DNA of 64,000 bases. Source: a virus. The first letter of the stretch is position 1. Every line of letters begins with the position of its first letter. Positions 1 to 9,910 of the stretch are shown in pieces. The translations under genes and the position numbers were made by a program. The stretch is taken from the IMG/VR virus record IMGVR_UViG_3300042691_041392; one strand, 5' to 3'. Under the pieces are notes generated by a model. That model was not told the origin of the DNA, ran no database searches, and saw nothing but the letters and a program-made list of their open reading frames with translations.

Positions 1-432
1 TTTTGTTCTAATATAATTTTCATTATCAATAGATTCAAAATAGTAGTTTGATGATTTATCAACTTCGATGCTTTCTTTATGATAAAAAGCAAATCCATCC
101 ATATCATCTTCACTTAAAGGATCTTCTTTTTTACCCTTAAAAATAGAATCATATTTTAATGAATGTTTACCTTCGATTTTATGTTTAGAAAGAACTATAT
201 CATCTTCATCCTCTGAACTTTTTTTCTCATCATCCATCAAATTTAAATCATCATCGTCAATTTCAATCAAAATATCTAAATTGTCATCATCGTCTAAATT
301 CAGATCAGAATCTGATTTTGATTCATCATCAAAATCTTCTTCATCGTCTAAATCATCAATAATTTCATCACCGACTTCATTATCTAATTCATCATCGAAA
401 TCTTCTTCATCATCTCTAACTTTTTTAGCCAT
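1..432 (-). CDS. Acidic hypothetical protein, partial (runs off window start)
   Basis: ATG at 432 (MAKKVRDDEEDFDDELD...), open to position 1. Not in the ORF track because it is truncated. Confidence 0.75.
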   Translation of the reverse strand, partial: MAKKVRDDEEDFDDELDNEVGDEIIDDLDDEEDFDDESKSDSDLNLDDDDNLDILIEIDDDDLNLMDDEKKSSEDEDDIVLSKHKIEGKHSLKYDSIFKGKKEDPLSEDDMDGFAFYHKESIEVDKSSNYYFESIDNENYIRTK

Positions 433-486
433 AGATTTTTTTTATTTTTTGTATTGTTTTATATAATTTTTTATTATCTTTGTTTC

Positions 487-1656
487 TTATTGATCTAAAA
501 ACTGATCGTTTTCTAGTGTTAAATAAACTGGATTTAAACTCAATCTAATCTGTGATTTTAAGAAATCACCATCTCTTTGTTTAAGTAGTTTAAATCTATA
601 TAAGTTTTGTCTTTTCATTTCTTCTGTACGGATGATAGCAAAGAAGGTGTCAGCAGTCTCTGCTATTGCTTTTGACTCAGGTACGGCTTCTAATGTAATA
701 TCGGATGAGTTCCAAGCATCTTTAGCAACCTGCACACCAGTTATAACAGGACACATATATTTTGCTCCCATTGCTCTTAATCCCTCTGCTAAGTGTTTAC
801 CCTTAGTATAAAGATTATCAGCATTAGATCCTTTATTAGCAGCAATCAATGTAATATAATCAACTATAATTAGGTCGATTTTTATACCTCTCTTTTCTTT
901 TAATCTTTGAATATAATTATCAAAGTCATTAACAGTTGCTGTTCCGGCTGCCCAGAATTTAGTTATAATTTTACCAACTTTATTTTCAAATAAATCAACA
1001 CCACCTTCTATTCGTTTGAGAGCATCTATCTTAGATTTAATCAATTCAACATCCTTAGATTGATTATCATAATCATTAATAGGAATTTTTAACCTCATAG
1101 CACCTAATCTCTTCATAACTTTACGCTCACTCATTTCAAGAGTGATATAAAGAACATTGTGTCCCATATTTGCTGATTTAACGGCAAAATTTTGCATCCA
1201 AAGAGAATTGTGACTAAGAATATCATTTATATAATACTGTTTATTAGAACCCTCTGATAGTTGTAAATCATACATATGTGAATTTTTTCCGGTTTTTGAT
1301 ATATTCATAATTTGCTCCGGTCCATCTTTTGTCATTATAAAATTACCCAATTCTAATTTCTCACAATATATCTCTGTCAAATCACATTTTTTTGATGAAA
1401 AGTCCATATTATCACATCTATATAATAGATGTTTGTCAGCGCATATTAAATTTTTACCACCGGAGGTAATAATTTCAAATTCTTCAAATTTTATTGTTTT
1501 ACCAATACCCTCTATATTAACCCATCCATTTGGGGTCAATACCTCAAAATTATCCACCTCATATGCTTCGATGAATTTATCATAAAGCGGTCTATCATAC
1601 TTACCTTCTAATAGACTATCTGCTTCTATTACTTCAAAATTATCTAAATTATTCAT
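487..1656 (-). CDS. gp41/DnaB-like replicative helicase C-terminal part, preceded by 150-aa C-intein (1207-1656)
   Basis: Intein blocks 'LICADKHLL' and 'MYDLQL...ILSHN|S', followed by helicase 'NVLYITLEMSE', Walker B 'LIIVDY' and 'LKQRDG'. Confidence 0.93.
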   Translation of the reverse strand: MNNLDNFEVIEADSLLEGKYDRPLYDKFIEAYEVDNFEVLTPNGWVNIEGIGKTIKFEEFEIITSGGKNLICADKHLLYRCDNMDFSSKKCDLTEIYCEKLELGNFIMTKDGPEQIMNISKTGKNSHMYDLQLSEGSNKQYYINDILSHNSLWMQNFAVKSANMGHNVLYITLEMSERKVMKRLGAMRLKIPINDYDNQSKDVELIKSKIDALKRIEGGVDLFENKVGKIITKFWAAGTATVNDFDNYIQRLKEKRGIKIDLIIVDYITLIAANKGSNADNLYTKGKHLAEGLRAMGAKYMCPVITGVQVAKDAWNSSDITLEAVPESKAIAETADTFFAIIRTEEMKRQNLYRFKLLKQRDGDFLKSQIRLSLNPVYLTLENDQFLDQ

Positions 1657-2830
1657 TAATAAATTTTATACATTTTTCTACGGTTTGTTTCGGGTTTTTT
1701 CTATATTCAGATTCCCAAACAATAAAAACTTCATAACCCCTTTTTCTAAACCAATTGATTTTATCAATATCTTTTTTCCAAATTTCTTTTGATGTTACTT
1801 TCAATATAGGATGTATAAAGCTCTCATTATACTTATCAGGGTTACAGTGCCAATAATCACCATTAAATTCAATACATTTCTTTTTACTATGATCAACATA
1901 ATCAAATCTATAATGTCTTTTATTTATTTTATCATATCTAATGGTTTCTGAGTTTAACTCTTCAAAATTAATTTTGTTATTTTTAAAGTTCTCATAAATA
2001 CTCCAGAAAAGATTTTGTGAAATTTTAGAATATCCACCATTATTAAATAATTTTTTTCTATTAATTTCTATTTTCTCCTCTTCTGTTTTTGAATCTATTG
2101 TTTCGATCCATTTCCTCTGTCTCTCTTCAAAAACTATTTTACCATCTTCTTTGCCATATTTTTCAATACATTTTTGTAACGAAAATCTATTTTGTATTTC
2201 AGATATCTTTTCAATAGCCTCCTCTTCACTAAAACCTCTTTTTAAATAGTACTCCTTTTTCGTTGGATATTTATGTGCATATTTTTCAGGATTTGATTTT
2301 AATTTAATAGAGGTTTTTAAATGAATTTCATCCATAACCTCTTTTGCTTTTAAAATAGCATTCTTTTCAGAATATCCCTTCTCAATCCAAAAATACTTAC
2401 AGTTTCTACTTCTTTTTTTGTCCCAATTTTTATCTATTTTTCTTAATTTATTTTGTGATTCAATCCTTTCTTTCAACTGCCTTTCATTTTCTATTTTAAA
2501 TTGAACTTCAGCTTCTTCTCTAGAAAGCATATTTCTATACATGAATCCCTCTACACTATGAGAGTTAAATGATTTTTTAACACACTCTTGACTCTCACAT
2601 AAATTTCTATATCCCTTTGATATAGAAATAAACTTACCTTTACTACCACAAAAGAAACAAGAATTGTCTCTGTGATTTATATAAGTATCATAATACTCTT
2701 CATGATTCATTTTCAATGTTTTTGTAACATAACAAGATAAACCCTGTGAACTCTCAAATATTCTATTACTAATAGGACAAGTGTAAGGAAATTCTATATC
2801 CTTATATCTTTTTTTAGCATCTGCATTCAT
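1649..2830 (-). CDS. Free-standing homing endonuclease (Vsr-like/PD-(D/E)XK) between the split-intein halves
   Basis: C-terminal 'RFDY...CIEFNGDYWHCNP...GYEVFIVWESE' motif, with N-terminal Zn-binding CxxC motifs. Confidence 0.85.
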   Translation of the reverse strand: MNADAKKRYKDIEFPYTCPISNRIFESSQGLSCYVTKTLKMNHEEYYDTYINHRDNSCFFCGSKGKFISISKGYRNLCESQECVKKSFNSHSVEGFMYRNMLSREEAEVQFKIENERQLKERIESQNKLRKIDKNWDKKRSRNCKYFWIEKGYSEKNAILKAKEVMDEIHLKTSIKLKSNPEKYAHKYPTKKEYYLKRGFSEEEAIEKISEIQNRFSLQKCIEKYGKEDGKIVFEERQRKWIETIDSKTEEEKIEINRKKLFNNGGYSKISQNLFWSIYENFKNNKINFEELNSETIRYDKINKRHYRFDYVDHSKKKCIEFNGDYWHCNPDKYNESFIHPILKVTSKEIWKKDIDKINWFRKRGYEVFIVWESEYRKNPKQTVEKCIKFINE

Positions 2831-2853
2831 ACTTAATATTTTATTTTTATATA

Positions 2854-3582
2854 TTAAATATCAACACCCCACTGACTAACTTTGGCAAAGAATGTTCCAA
2901 AATCAACATTTGAAACATTACCATTATTCTTATCTCTAACTTTTATCACCGTATCAAAAGAACAACATTTTCCGTTGTTAGTTTCAGCCATTATTACATT
3001 TAATGTAGAAATATCCCATCCACCACCTAGCATATGGTCAATGGTTTCGAATCCACATTTAACTTTAAATTTTGAGGAATCTTGTACGTGATTTTCAGCC
3101 TCATCAAAATCTGAACCCATATCATCATCTTGTACAAATCTAGTTGATGACATCTCATCAACAATACCTTTAATTCTATTAGCAGCTTCGACTGCTTTAT
3201 CAAAGTCAGATATTGAATCTAGATTTCTAGTTTCATCGATGATATCTACTGTACCAGTTTTTAATCGATTTGCTAAAACCCAACCATTAAAGTTTGGTTC
3301 TATAAAGTTTTTCTCATCATATTCATCAAGATTAACTTGAAGAATTGATTTTAAAATCTCTTTGGTTATCATACCTTCTTTATCTTGAAGGTTAACCATG
3401 TCTAAAATTTGTCTCGGAGTTGGGATTTCAACATCCGAACCTTTCAACATATATTCTCTAATTACGCCGTAAACAAATTGAATTTCCGAATTTCTAAAAA
3501 AATAAGCCTTTACTATCTCAAAATATTTCTTGTTCTTTAAAATGTAATTAAAATATACTTTCTCTAATTGTGGAGTAGTCAT
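2854..3582 (-). CDS. gp41/DnaB-like helicase N-terminal part plus 37-aa N-intein (2857-2967)
   Basis: 'GFETIDHMLGGGW...LNVIMAETNNGK' Walker A interrupted before its Ser by 'CCSFDTVIKVR...', then a stop. Confidence 0.92.
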   Translation of the reverse strand: MTTPQLEKVYFNYILKNKKYFEIVKAYFFRNSEIQFVYGVIREYMLKGSDVEIPTPRQILDMVNLQDKEGMITKEILKSILQVNLDEYDEKNFIEPNFNGWVLANRLKTGTVDIIDETRNLDSISDFDKAVEAANRIKGIVDEMSSTRFVQDDDMGSDFDEAENHVQDSSKFKVKCGFETIDHMLGGGWDISTLNVIMAETNNGKCCSFDTVIKVRDKNNGNVSNVDFGTFFAKVSQWGVDI

Positions 3583-3639
3583 TTATAATAATTATTTTTT
3601 AATCATGAATTATATAAATAAACTAATCTTTGTTTAAAT

Positions 3640-3667
3640 AAAAAAAATCCTTATATTAAGGATTTTC
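3640..3667. terminator. Rho-independent terminator hairpin
   Basis: aaaatcctta-tat-taaggatttt with A/T tails. Confidence 0.65.
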
Positions 3668-3671
3668 ATTT

Positions 3672-4475
3672 TTACTTATTTTTATTATCATTTATTATTT
3701 CAGATCCTAAACGACTATTTCCTAGTGTCTTTTGTATAGTCGGTTCTTCCATTTCTTCCACTTCATCTTCTATTTTATCTTCAATTTTCTTTGGAAGTTT
3801 TAATTTACTTTTTAATTTTTTAATAACATGAGCTATTGTGTGTTTAGCAACAATAGTCGCAACACCACTAGCTAACATTAGAAAGTTTTCAGGCATTGTG
3901 TCTAAGTTAAGTTTATATTTATTGATTATATCAGCTAATGAAACACAAATAGGAGCTAACATAGCACCATAAGCAAACATATCTATAATACCACCAATAA
4001 CAGCACCAACGTGTTTACCAAATATTTTAAAAACACCTGTTACTGATTTCAAACATTTAATAACTTTTTTAACAATTCCATCACCAATACCTCTCATTCT
4101 CAATTCCTCAAGCATAGATTTCGAATCCTTTGTCATTTCAACCTCTTCTTTAGGTGATTTAGTTTTCTTTTCTTCTAAATAAATAATTGAAAGTGATGTT
4201 AATGCTAATAAAACTACTGTTTCTTTTGTTATTTCAACTTGTGATAAACTTGCATTTTTCATTATATTAAGTATAATTGGCATAAAAGCACCAATTCCAA
4301 ATCCAAATGTCCCAATTAATCTAAAATTAAGATTTAAATCACTTACTATTTTTCTTAGTACACTTTTATAATCTTCATTTTCAGTTTCATCTGATTCTGT
4401 TACCATTTCAAGTGATTGTATAAAATGTTCAACCATTGAGTCAACTACAATATCGTTATATCTTTTAATTTTCAT
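3672..4475 (-). CDS. Hypothetical protein with hydrophobic helices and N-terminal MKIKRYND motif
   Basis: 267-aa ORF with the late motif directly upstream. Confidence 0.75.
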   Translation of the reverse strand: MKIKRYNDIVVDSMVEHFIQSLEMVTESDETENEDYKSVLRKIVSDLNLNFRLIGTFGFGIGAFMPIILNIMKNASLSQVEITKETVVLLALTSLSIIYLEEKKTKSPKEEVEMTKDSKSMLEELRMRGIGDGIVKKVIKCLKSVTGVFKIFGKHVGAVIGGIIDMFAYGAMLAPICVSLADIINKYKLNLDTMPENFLMLASGVATIVAKHTIAHVIKKLKSKLKLPKKIEDKIEDEVEEMEEPTIQKTLGNSRLGSEIINDNKNK

Positions 4476-4496
4476 ATATTATATATTAATTTTAGA

Positions 4497-5549
4497 TTAC
4501 CAATTATCATCTTGTGTCATATCTCTTTGACTTGGATCAATATTAAAAAACTCTTCAACCGTTCCATCCGTTTCTTGAAGTTTATAATATTTACCAGGTT
4601 CAGATGGTTCATAATTCATACCAAAACCACCTTGTGAATAACAAAATGTATCTAAATATGGAAAATCTTCATTTCTATATTCATCTATATTAGGAAAAAC
4701 TACTTTTTCTTTTAGTGTAACTACTAACGGACTTCCTTTCCAATGAAAAGCGTCAATTGAATTACTAGTCTTGCTTCTTGTATAATAGTCATTATCTATA
4801 GCCCACTTCATAAACTTTTGATAATCAGCCTCTGTATTATAATAAACTCTATCCATTAATTTTTTACCAGAAGTTGTTTCCCAAAGAAGAGCTCTACCCT
4901 TTATAGATTCTTGATCATCAAGTAGTACCAATATTTTAACTCCTGGACAAGCTCTATAAAAATTAACAGAATGATCATCATTCATACAAGAATGGTCTAA
5001 AGTTGATCCCAAGTATTCTTCATAATTACCTGTACAATAAGCATCTAATACTTTATCAGTTCCCCATATTTGAAAAGTTCCACTTGTATTTGTTGATACC
5101 CATCTTTCCACAAATAGTGATATATCTTTATCACTAAATGTATCACCTAATAATTTTTTAACAAATCTACCAACATAAATCTCAGTAAATGATAACTTTG
5201 TATCAAAATAATAATTATATAGTTTTCCTGGATCTGGTTTAAATTCGTAAATTCTAATTAAATCATTTAGATTTTGTTTTTTAACAAATCTATTAACACT
5301 TGGATTATCAAAAAAAGATTTGACTTTATCCATTGGAACATAAAGTATTTTATCTTCACTATGTAGATTTATATAAGTCATTTCTTGTTCACTTCTATCT
5401 AATTCTAACAAAGCTTTACCCACTGAATCATCAAAATTATTGATAATTATATTTAATTTATGTTTAACTTCTCTGGATAACTTAAATAGACCTTTAAGTC
5501 TTTCACCTGCTTCTTCTAACAAGAATTCTGAATAATTAAAAACTTTCAT
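4497..5549 (-). CDS. Conserved phage protein (SCM...GRALLW...MDRVY...FPYLDT family); likely start MKVFNYSEF at 5549
   Basis: Motif set typical of large-phage uncharacterised proteins. The upstream extension to 5774 overlaps the divergent gene. Confidence 0.75.
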   Translation of the reverse strand: MKVFNYSEFLLEEAGERLKGLFKLSREVKHKLNIIINNFDDSVGKALLELDRSEQEMTYINLHSEDKILYVPMDKVKSFFDNPSVNRFVKKQNLNDLIRIYEFKPDPGKLYNYYFDTKLSFTEIYVGRFVKKLLGDTFSDKDISLFVERWVSTNTSGTFQIWGTDKVLDAYCTGNYEEYLGSTLDHSCMNDDHSVNFYRACPGVKILVLLDDQESIKGRALLWETTSGKKLMDRVYYNTEADYQKFMKWAIDNDYYTRSKTSNSIDAFHWKGSPLVVTLKEKVVFPNIDEYRNEDFPYLDTFCYSQGGFGMNYEPSEPGKYYKLQETDGTVEEFFNIDPSQRDMTQDDNW

Positions 5550-5618
5550 AATGTATATATAAAAAGTAAAAAAACGGTTTTTAAAAAATAATATATAATT
5601 AAAAATAAAACGTATAAA

Positions 5619-6242
5619 ATGAGATTTATAAAGAAAATTAATGAATTTTTCAACCCTGAATCTGAAATTGAAAGAGAAGATGATTTCTATGGTCATGATG
5701 AAGAAGAAGGTGATTTCGGTCACGAAGATGATTTCTATGGTCATGACGAAGAAGAAGGTGATGAATTTAATCATGATGAAGAAAATTGGGGTGATGAAGA
5801 AGATTCATCATTAGGTGGATCAAGAATTTCATCATTTGATAATTTTGGTTCTGATGAAGAAGAATGTGAACCGTGTAACGATGAAGAGGATGAGTATTCT
5901 CACGAAGATTTTGGTCATGAAGACGAAGAAGATTTTTCTCACGAAGAAGATGAGTATTCTCACGAAGATTTTGGTTCTGATGAAGACGAAGATGAGGATG
6001 AAAATTTTGAAGAAGATACTTATGTTGAGTCTTTCAAAGGTTTCAATGAAAAAATGAATGCTGGTTTCAAAGCTTATTTAGATAAAAAGAAAGCTGAGAA
6101 AGAAGGTAAAAAAGAGGATAAAGATGAGAAAAAAGGTGGTAAAAAAGGTGCTAAACCAGATTTCTTAGATTTAGATAAAGATGGTGATAAAAAAGAGCCA
6201 ATGAAAAAAGCAGCTAAAGAAGCTAAAAATAAAAAGAAATAA
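5619..6242 (+). CDS. Highly acidic, probable prohead core/internal protein
   Basis: MRFIKKINEF N-terminus, D/E-rich internal tandem repeats, C-terminal 'KPDFLDLDKDGDKKEPMKKAAKE', late motif upstream. Confidence 0.7.
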   Translation: MRFIKKINEFFNPESEIEREDDFYGHDEEEGDFGHEDDFYGHDEEEGDEFNHDEENWGDEEDSSLGGSRISSFDNFGSDEEECEPCNDEEDEYSHEDFGHEDEEDFSHEEDEYSHEDFGSDEDEDEDENFEEDTYVESFKGFNEKMNAGFKAYLDKKKAEKEGKKEDKDEKKGGKKGAKPDFLDLDKDGDKKEPMKKAAKEAKNKKK

Positions 6243-6267
6243 TTTGACGTATCATCGAATTATAAAC

Positions 6268-6297
6268 AAAAAACTCACCAAATTGGTGAGTTTTTTT
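6268..6297. terminator. Bidirectional terminator between convergent genes
   Basis: aaaaaactcacca-aat-tggtgagtttttt. Confidence 0.8.
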
Positions 6298-7963
6298 ATG
6301 CGTCTATTTTAACATTTACTCTTTTGATTGCCTCTTGAATCCAATCTGGTAAAAAATGAGAAGAGTGTTTTATAACATCACCAAATCCACCATCTAATAC
6401 AATAGTATCAGCATAATCAGTTATAGATCTAACTGGTCTACCAGTCATTTGTACTAACCCAGCACAGGTCTTCCAACTATACCAATCCGGATTATTGACT
6501 TGTCTCATTTTGTTTTTCTGAGATGCTAAAGAAGGATAAGGAATTTTAGCAATAATTTGAAAACGGGCTTTATCATTATCAAAACTAACGCCTGTATCCA
6601 TTGAAGGACTAACAATAACAGTTGGTTCTGTACTTTCAAAGTGCATTTTCAAAACCTCATCTTTATTAGATGAATCGTGGAAAATAAGTCTTGGATCTTT
6701 AATTGAATCTTCAATCCATTTAGCCAGTTCAAAAGAATTTGTGTGTATAACTCCTTTTTTACCTTTATATTTATCTAATAATTTCTGTATATAAGGAATA
6801 TATCTTTTAAAAGTTTCTTCTTTTGTTTTAAATGACATCTTACCCAATGGCATATAAAAAATAGGTCTATTCTTTAATGGAAAAGGAGATCCAATTGAAT
6901 AGTAAACAGCTTTACTAACATCTAATCCGTTTAGATTACAAAATAAGTTCTTATCTAAAATAGTTCCAGACATAAGAAAAACCATATCATAGTGAGCAAA
7001 AACATACTTATCTAAGTAATCAAAAGACCAAATTGGTTCTAAGGATAATTCTTTTTGTCTAGCTTTTTCATTCCAATTAGATTCCAATACCCAGTTATTT
7101 GGATTTTCCTTATATTCTTTTAAGAATACTTCTATTTTTAATTGGTATTGTTTTAAATCTGTAACTAAGTTCATTAACTTAACGTCACTATTTTTACTAT
7201 TTAAAACTTTTGAGATTTTCAAATCTCTTTTATCAGATTTAACATCTCTTTTTGTATTAACCATTCCTTTCTCCATTCCCTCAACGGTATCTAAAATTTC
7301 ACCATTAAAATATGAAAGAAAATCAACATATGATTGAATAGTATTCACAGCTTTTAACTTTTTCAAAATCTCATATTCATTTGAAAATTTAAACCTCTTA
7401 ACTATTGTCTCAGTTATCTTAATGGAGATAAAGTCAGACATAACATCATCAAATTCATGACACTCATCAACAATTAAAACTCTAGCTCCTCTTGATTCCA
7501 TTAACTTTTGATTATAAATCGCATAAAGAATATAAAGATAAAAGTTTGTTAAAGAGATTCCACCACTAATATAGTTCTCTCTAGCGTTTGTATATGGACA
7601 AGATTCACAAGTTGTTTTATTAAGTCTATTAAACTCACCACCTTGAGCACAAGAACAAGAATAAGATTCACATTCATAATTCTCTTTACCCTTTAAATCA
7701 GAAATTGATTCGTAAGTTTCTGAGTATTGGTCTTGTAGAATTTTACTGTTAGTGATAACATCAACTCTTGCGAATTTACTTACATTCTTTTTATACCAGT
7801 CTGCAATCATTAAGGCTAAGTAAGATTTACCCGTACCAACTGGTAGATTAAGTAGATAGAACTTGTTTAGTTTATTTTTATTATATTCCGAATCTATAAA
7901 TTCCAATGCTTCCTTCTGTTCTTTTCTTGGTTTAAATTTTGCTAAATCTTTTTTAAGTGACAT
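6296..7963 (-). CDS. DinG/XPD-like SF2 helicase
   Basis: Q-motif 'RKEQ', 'PVGTGKS', Cys cluster, 'IVDECH', 'MSGT' and 'QMTGRPVRSITD'. Confidence 0.88.
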   Translation of the reverse strand: MSLKKDLAKFKPRKEQKEALEFIDSEYNKNKLNKFYLLNLPVGTGKSYLALMIADWYKKNVSKFARVDVITNSKILQDQYSETYESISDLKGKENYECESYSCSCAQGGEFNRLNKTTCESCPYTNARENYISGGISLTNFYLYILYAIYNQKLMESRGARVLIVDECHEFDDVMSDFISIKITETIVKRFKFSNEYEILKKLKAVNTIQSYVDFLSYFNGEILDTVEGMEKGMVNTKRDVKSDKRDLKISKVLNSKNSDVKLMNLVTDLKQYQLKIEVFLKEYKENPNNWVLESNWNEKARQKELSLEPIWSFDYLDKYVFAHYDMVFLMSGTILDKNLFCNLNGLDVSKAVYYSIGSPFPLKNRPIFYMPLGKMSFKTKEETFKRYIPYIQKLLDKYKGKKGVIHTNSFELAKWIEDSIKDPRLIFHDSSNKDEVLKMHFESTEPTVIVSPSMDTGVSFDNDKARFQIIAKIPYPSLASQKNKMRQVNNPDWYSWKTCAGLVQMTGRPVRSITDYADTIVLDGGFGDVIKHSSHFLPDWIQEAIKRVNVKIDA

Positions 7964-8003
7964 ACTTTTTTTTAATATATATGATAAAGTTTTATTAAAG
8001 TTT

Positions 8004-8981
8004 ATGCCAAAAAAGATAACATATGAAGAGTTTATAGATAGATCAAAAGATAAACATGGTGATAAATTTAATTATGATAATGTTAATTATATAAATCAAT
8101 ACACACCTGTTAAAATTAAATGCCCGATACATGGTTATTTTGAACAAATACCTAAATCACATATGAATGGAAATGGTTGTAAAAAGTGTTCACAATTGAA
8201 AATTGCGGAGAAATTAACGGGAGTTAAAAAATTAAACAAGTTAGATGATAAAACAATTATTGATAGATTGGAAAAAATGTATGATTATGATTATTCTAAA
8301 TGCAAAATAAATGGAACAGGGCAAACTGCTGTTATAAGTGATATAATATGTCCGGTACATGGCTTTTTCTCTAAAAGATTAAATAATCATTTAAGACAAA
8401 ATCAAGGATGTAATTTGTGTGGTAAAAATAAATTAACAAGAGATATATTTACAGAAAGATCTAATATAATACACCAAAATAAATATGATTATTCAAAATT
8501 TGAGTATATAAATAATAGAGAAGCATCTATTATAATATGTCCTGATCATGGTGAATTTAAACAAAGACCTGATAAACATTTATCTGGACAAGGATGTCCT
8601 GTTTGTTATAGAAATATAATATCAAAGGGTGAGAAATTTATAAGAAATTTTCTTATATCTAAAAATATAAAATTTGAAGAACAAAGAATAATACCTGGAA
8701 CTAAATTAAAGATGGATTTCTTTTTACCATTAAAAAATATATGTATTGAATATGATGGTATTCAACATTTTGAACCAAGAGTGAGATTTGGAGGTGATGC
8801 GGAGTTTAACAATCAGAAATTGAGAGATATAAGTAAAAATGATTATTGTAAAAATAACAATATAAAATTATTTAGAATATCATACAAGGATTACTCTAAG
8901 TTAAATTCTATTTTAGATGAAATTTTAAATGAAAGTATTAAAAGTTTCAAAGAATTCGTAAATCTTATAAAAAATGTTTAA
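8004..8981 (+). CDS. Homing endonuclease, CPxHG zinc-repeat plus PD-(D/E)XK-type nuclease (likely start 8004)
   Basis: Three 'CPxHG...H..G.GC..C' repeats and C-terminal 'MDFFLP...IEYDGIQH'. Confidence 0.85.
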   Translation: MPKKITYEEFIDRSKDKHGDKFNYDNVNYINQYTPVKIKCPIHGYFEQIPKSHMNGNGCKKCSQLKIAEKLTGVKKLNKLDDKTIIDRLEKMYDYDYSKCKINGTGQTAVISDIICPVHGFFSKRLNNHLRQNQGCNLCGKNKLTRDIFTERSNIIHQNKYDYSKFEYINNREASIIICPDHGEFKQRPDKHLSGQGCPVCYRNIISKGEKFIRNFLISKNIKFEEQRIIPGTKLKMDFFLPLKNICIEYDGIQHFEPRVRFGGDAEFNNQKLRDISKNDYCKNNNIKLFRISYKDYSKLNSILDEILNESIKSFKEFVNLIKNV

Positions 8982-9040
8982 AAAAAGAGGTTTTTTATAT
9001 TTTTTAGTAAATATATAAGAAAAATAAACTTTTTTCCCTT

Positions 9041-9223
9041 ATGTATTTACTAGATTATGATGATTTTAACATATACACAACATCAGAAGATGTAAAAGAA
9101 TATGTCAATTCTTTAATTATTGAAGGATATGAATTTTCAGAAGAAATATATACTATGTGTATTGAACATTTTGGAGATGGTATAAAATCACTTCTAAATG
9201 AGATATTTTTTTATGAAGATTAA
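9041..9223 (+). CDS. Small hypothetical protein
   Basis: 60-aa ORF after an AATATATA motif, overlapping the next start. Confidence 0.6.
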   Translation: MYLLDYDDFNIYTTSEDVKEYVNSLIIEGYEFSEEIYTMCIEHFGDGIKSLLNEIFFYED

Positions 9224-9878
9224 AAAGTTTTTTGAATTCAAAGGTATCGTCAATCAAGATATTTTATATATTTTTGATTTTGACGATACATTAGTTGAAA
9301 CTCCTGAATTTGAGGAGTTAGCAATTCCCTACTTAAAGGAAGATGTTAGTGTTGAAGAGTTAGTCAATAAGTGTATAAATGAAATCGATGTAGATAAAAA
9401 TTTATTAAAATATTTAGATGGGAGAATTTATTTTGAAGATCCTAATAATCAATTAGAAATACCATCGAATTCAAAGTATTGGGTAAGAAAAGGTTTAAGA
9501 GTTTATCTATTACCACCAAATGAGTTTTCACTATCAGATGATAGTTTACCAAAAGAGGTTAAAAGTTTAAAAGATCTTTATGATTCTGTTGAAAATAAAT
9601 GTATTGTAACAGCTAGACCAGAAATAATCAGAGATAAAATTTTAAAATCTCTTAAAGATTTAGGATTTAGTAAACCAAAATATGGTTTACATATGTACCC
9701 AAGTTTAAATCATAGAAATGCAGGTGAATGGAAAGGTCATAAAATAGTTCAATTAATTGAAGAAACTGGATTTAAAAAAGCTATTTTTTATGATGATAAT
9801 TCAAAGTATATCAAAAAAGCTAGAAAAGTAATTACTGAAAAATTACCTCATTTTGATATAAAATACGTAAAAGTATAA
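9213..9878 (+). CDS. HAD-superfamily phosphatase (likely start MKIKKFFEF)
   Basis: 'FDFDDTL', 'VTAR', a conserved Lys and 'FYDD' motifs. Confidence 0.8.
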   Translation: MKIKKFFEFKGIVNQDILYIFDFDDTLVETPEFEELAIPYLKEDVSVEELVNKCINEIDVDKNLLKYLDGRIYFEDPNNQLEIPSNSKYWVRKGLRVYLLPPNEFSLSDDSLPKEVKSLKDLYDSVENKCIVTARPEIIRDKILKSLKDLGFSKPKYGLHMYPSLNHRNAGEWKGHKIVQLIEETGFKKAIFYDDNSKYIKKARKVITEKLPHFDIKYVKV

Positions 9879-9899
9879 AACCACTCGATTGAGTGGTTT
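9878..9899. terminator. Terminator hairpin between convergent genes
   Basis: aaaccactc-gatt-gagtggttt. Confidence 0.7.
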
Positions 9900-9910
9900 C
9901 ATTTTATAGT

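Noticed and set aside
281-466. Ser-rich plus-strand ORF
   Set aside because: Antisense shadow of the acidic minus-strand gene starting at 432.
1649-2853. Group I intron in the helicase gene
   Set aside because: Only 23 nt separate the IntN stop from the endonuclease start, and the endonuclease overlaps the IntC start. There is no room for a ribozyme core, and the intein motifs explain the split.
5550-5774. N-terminal extensions of ORFs 4497, 7863 and 27773 in the track
   Set aside because: They overlap divergent genes or promoters, and better starts lie just after the late motif.
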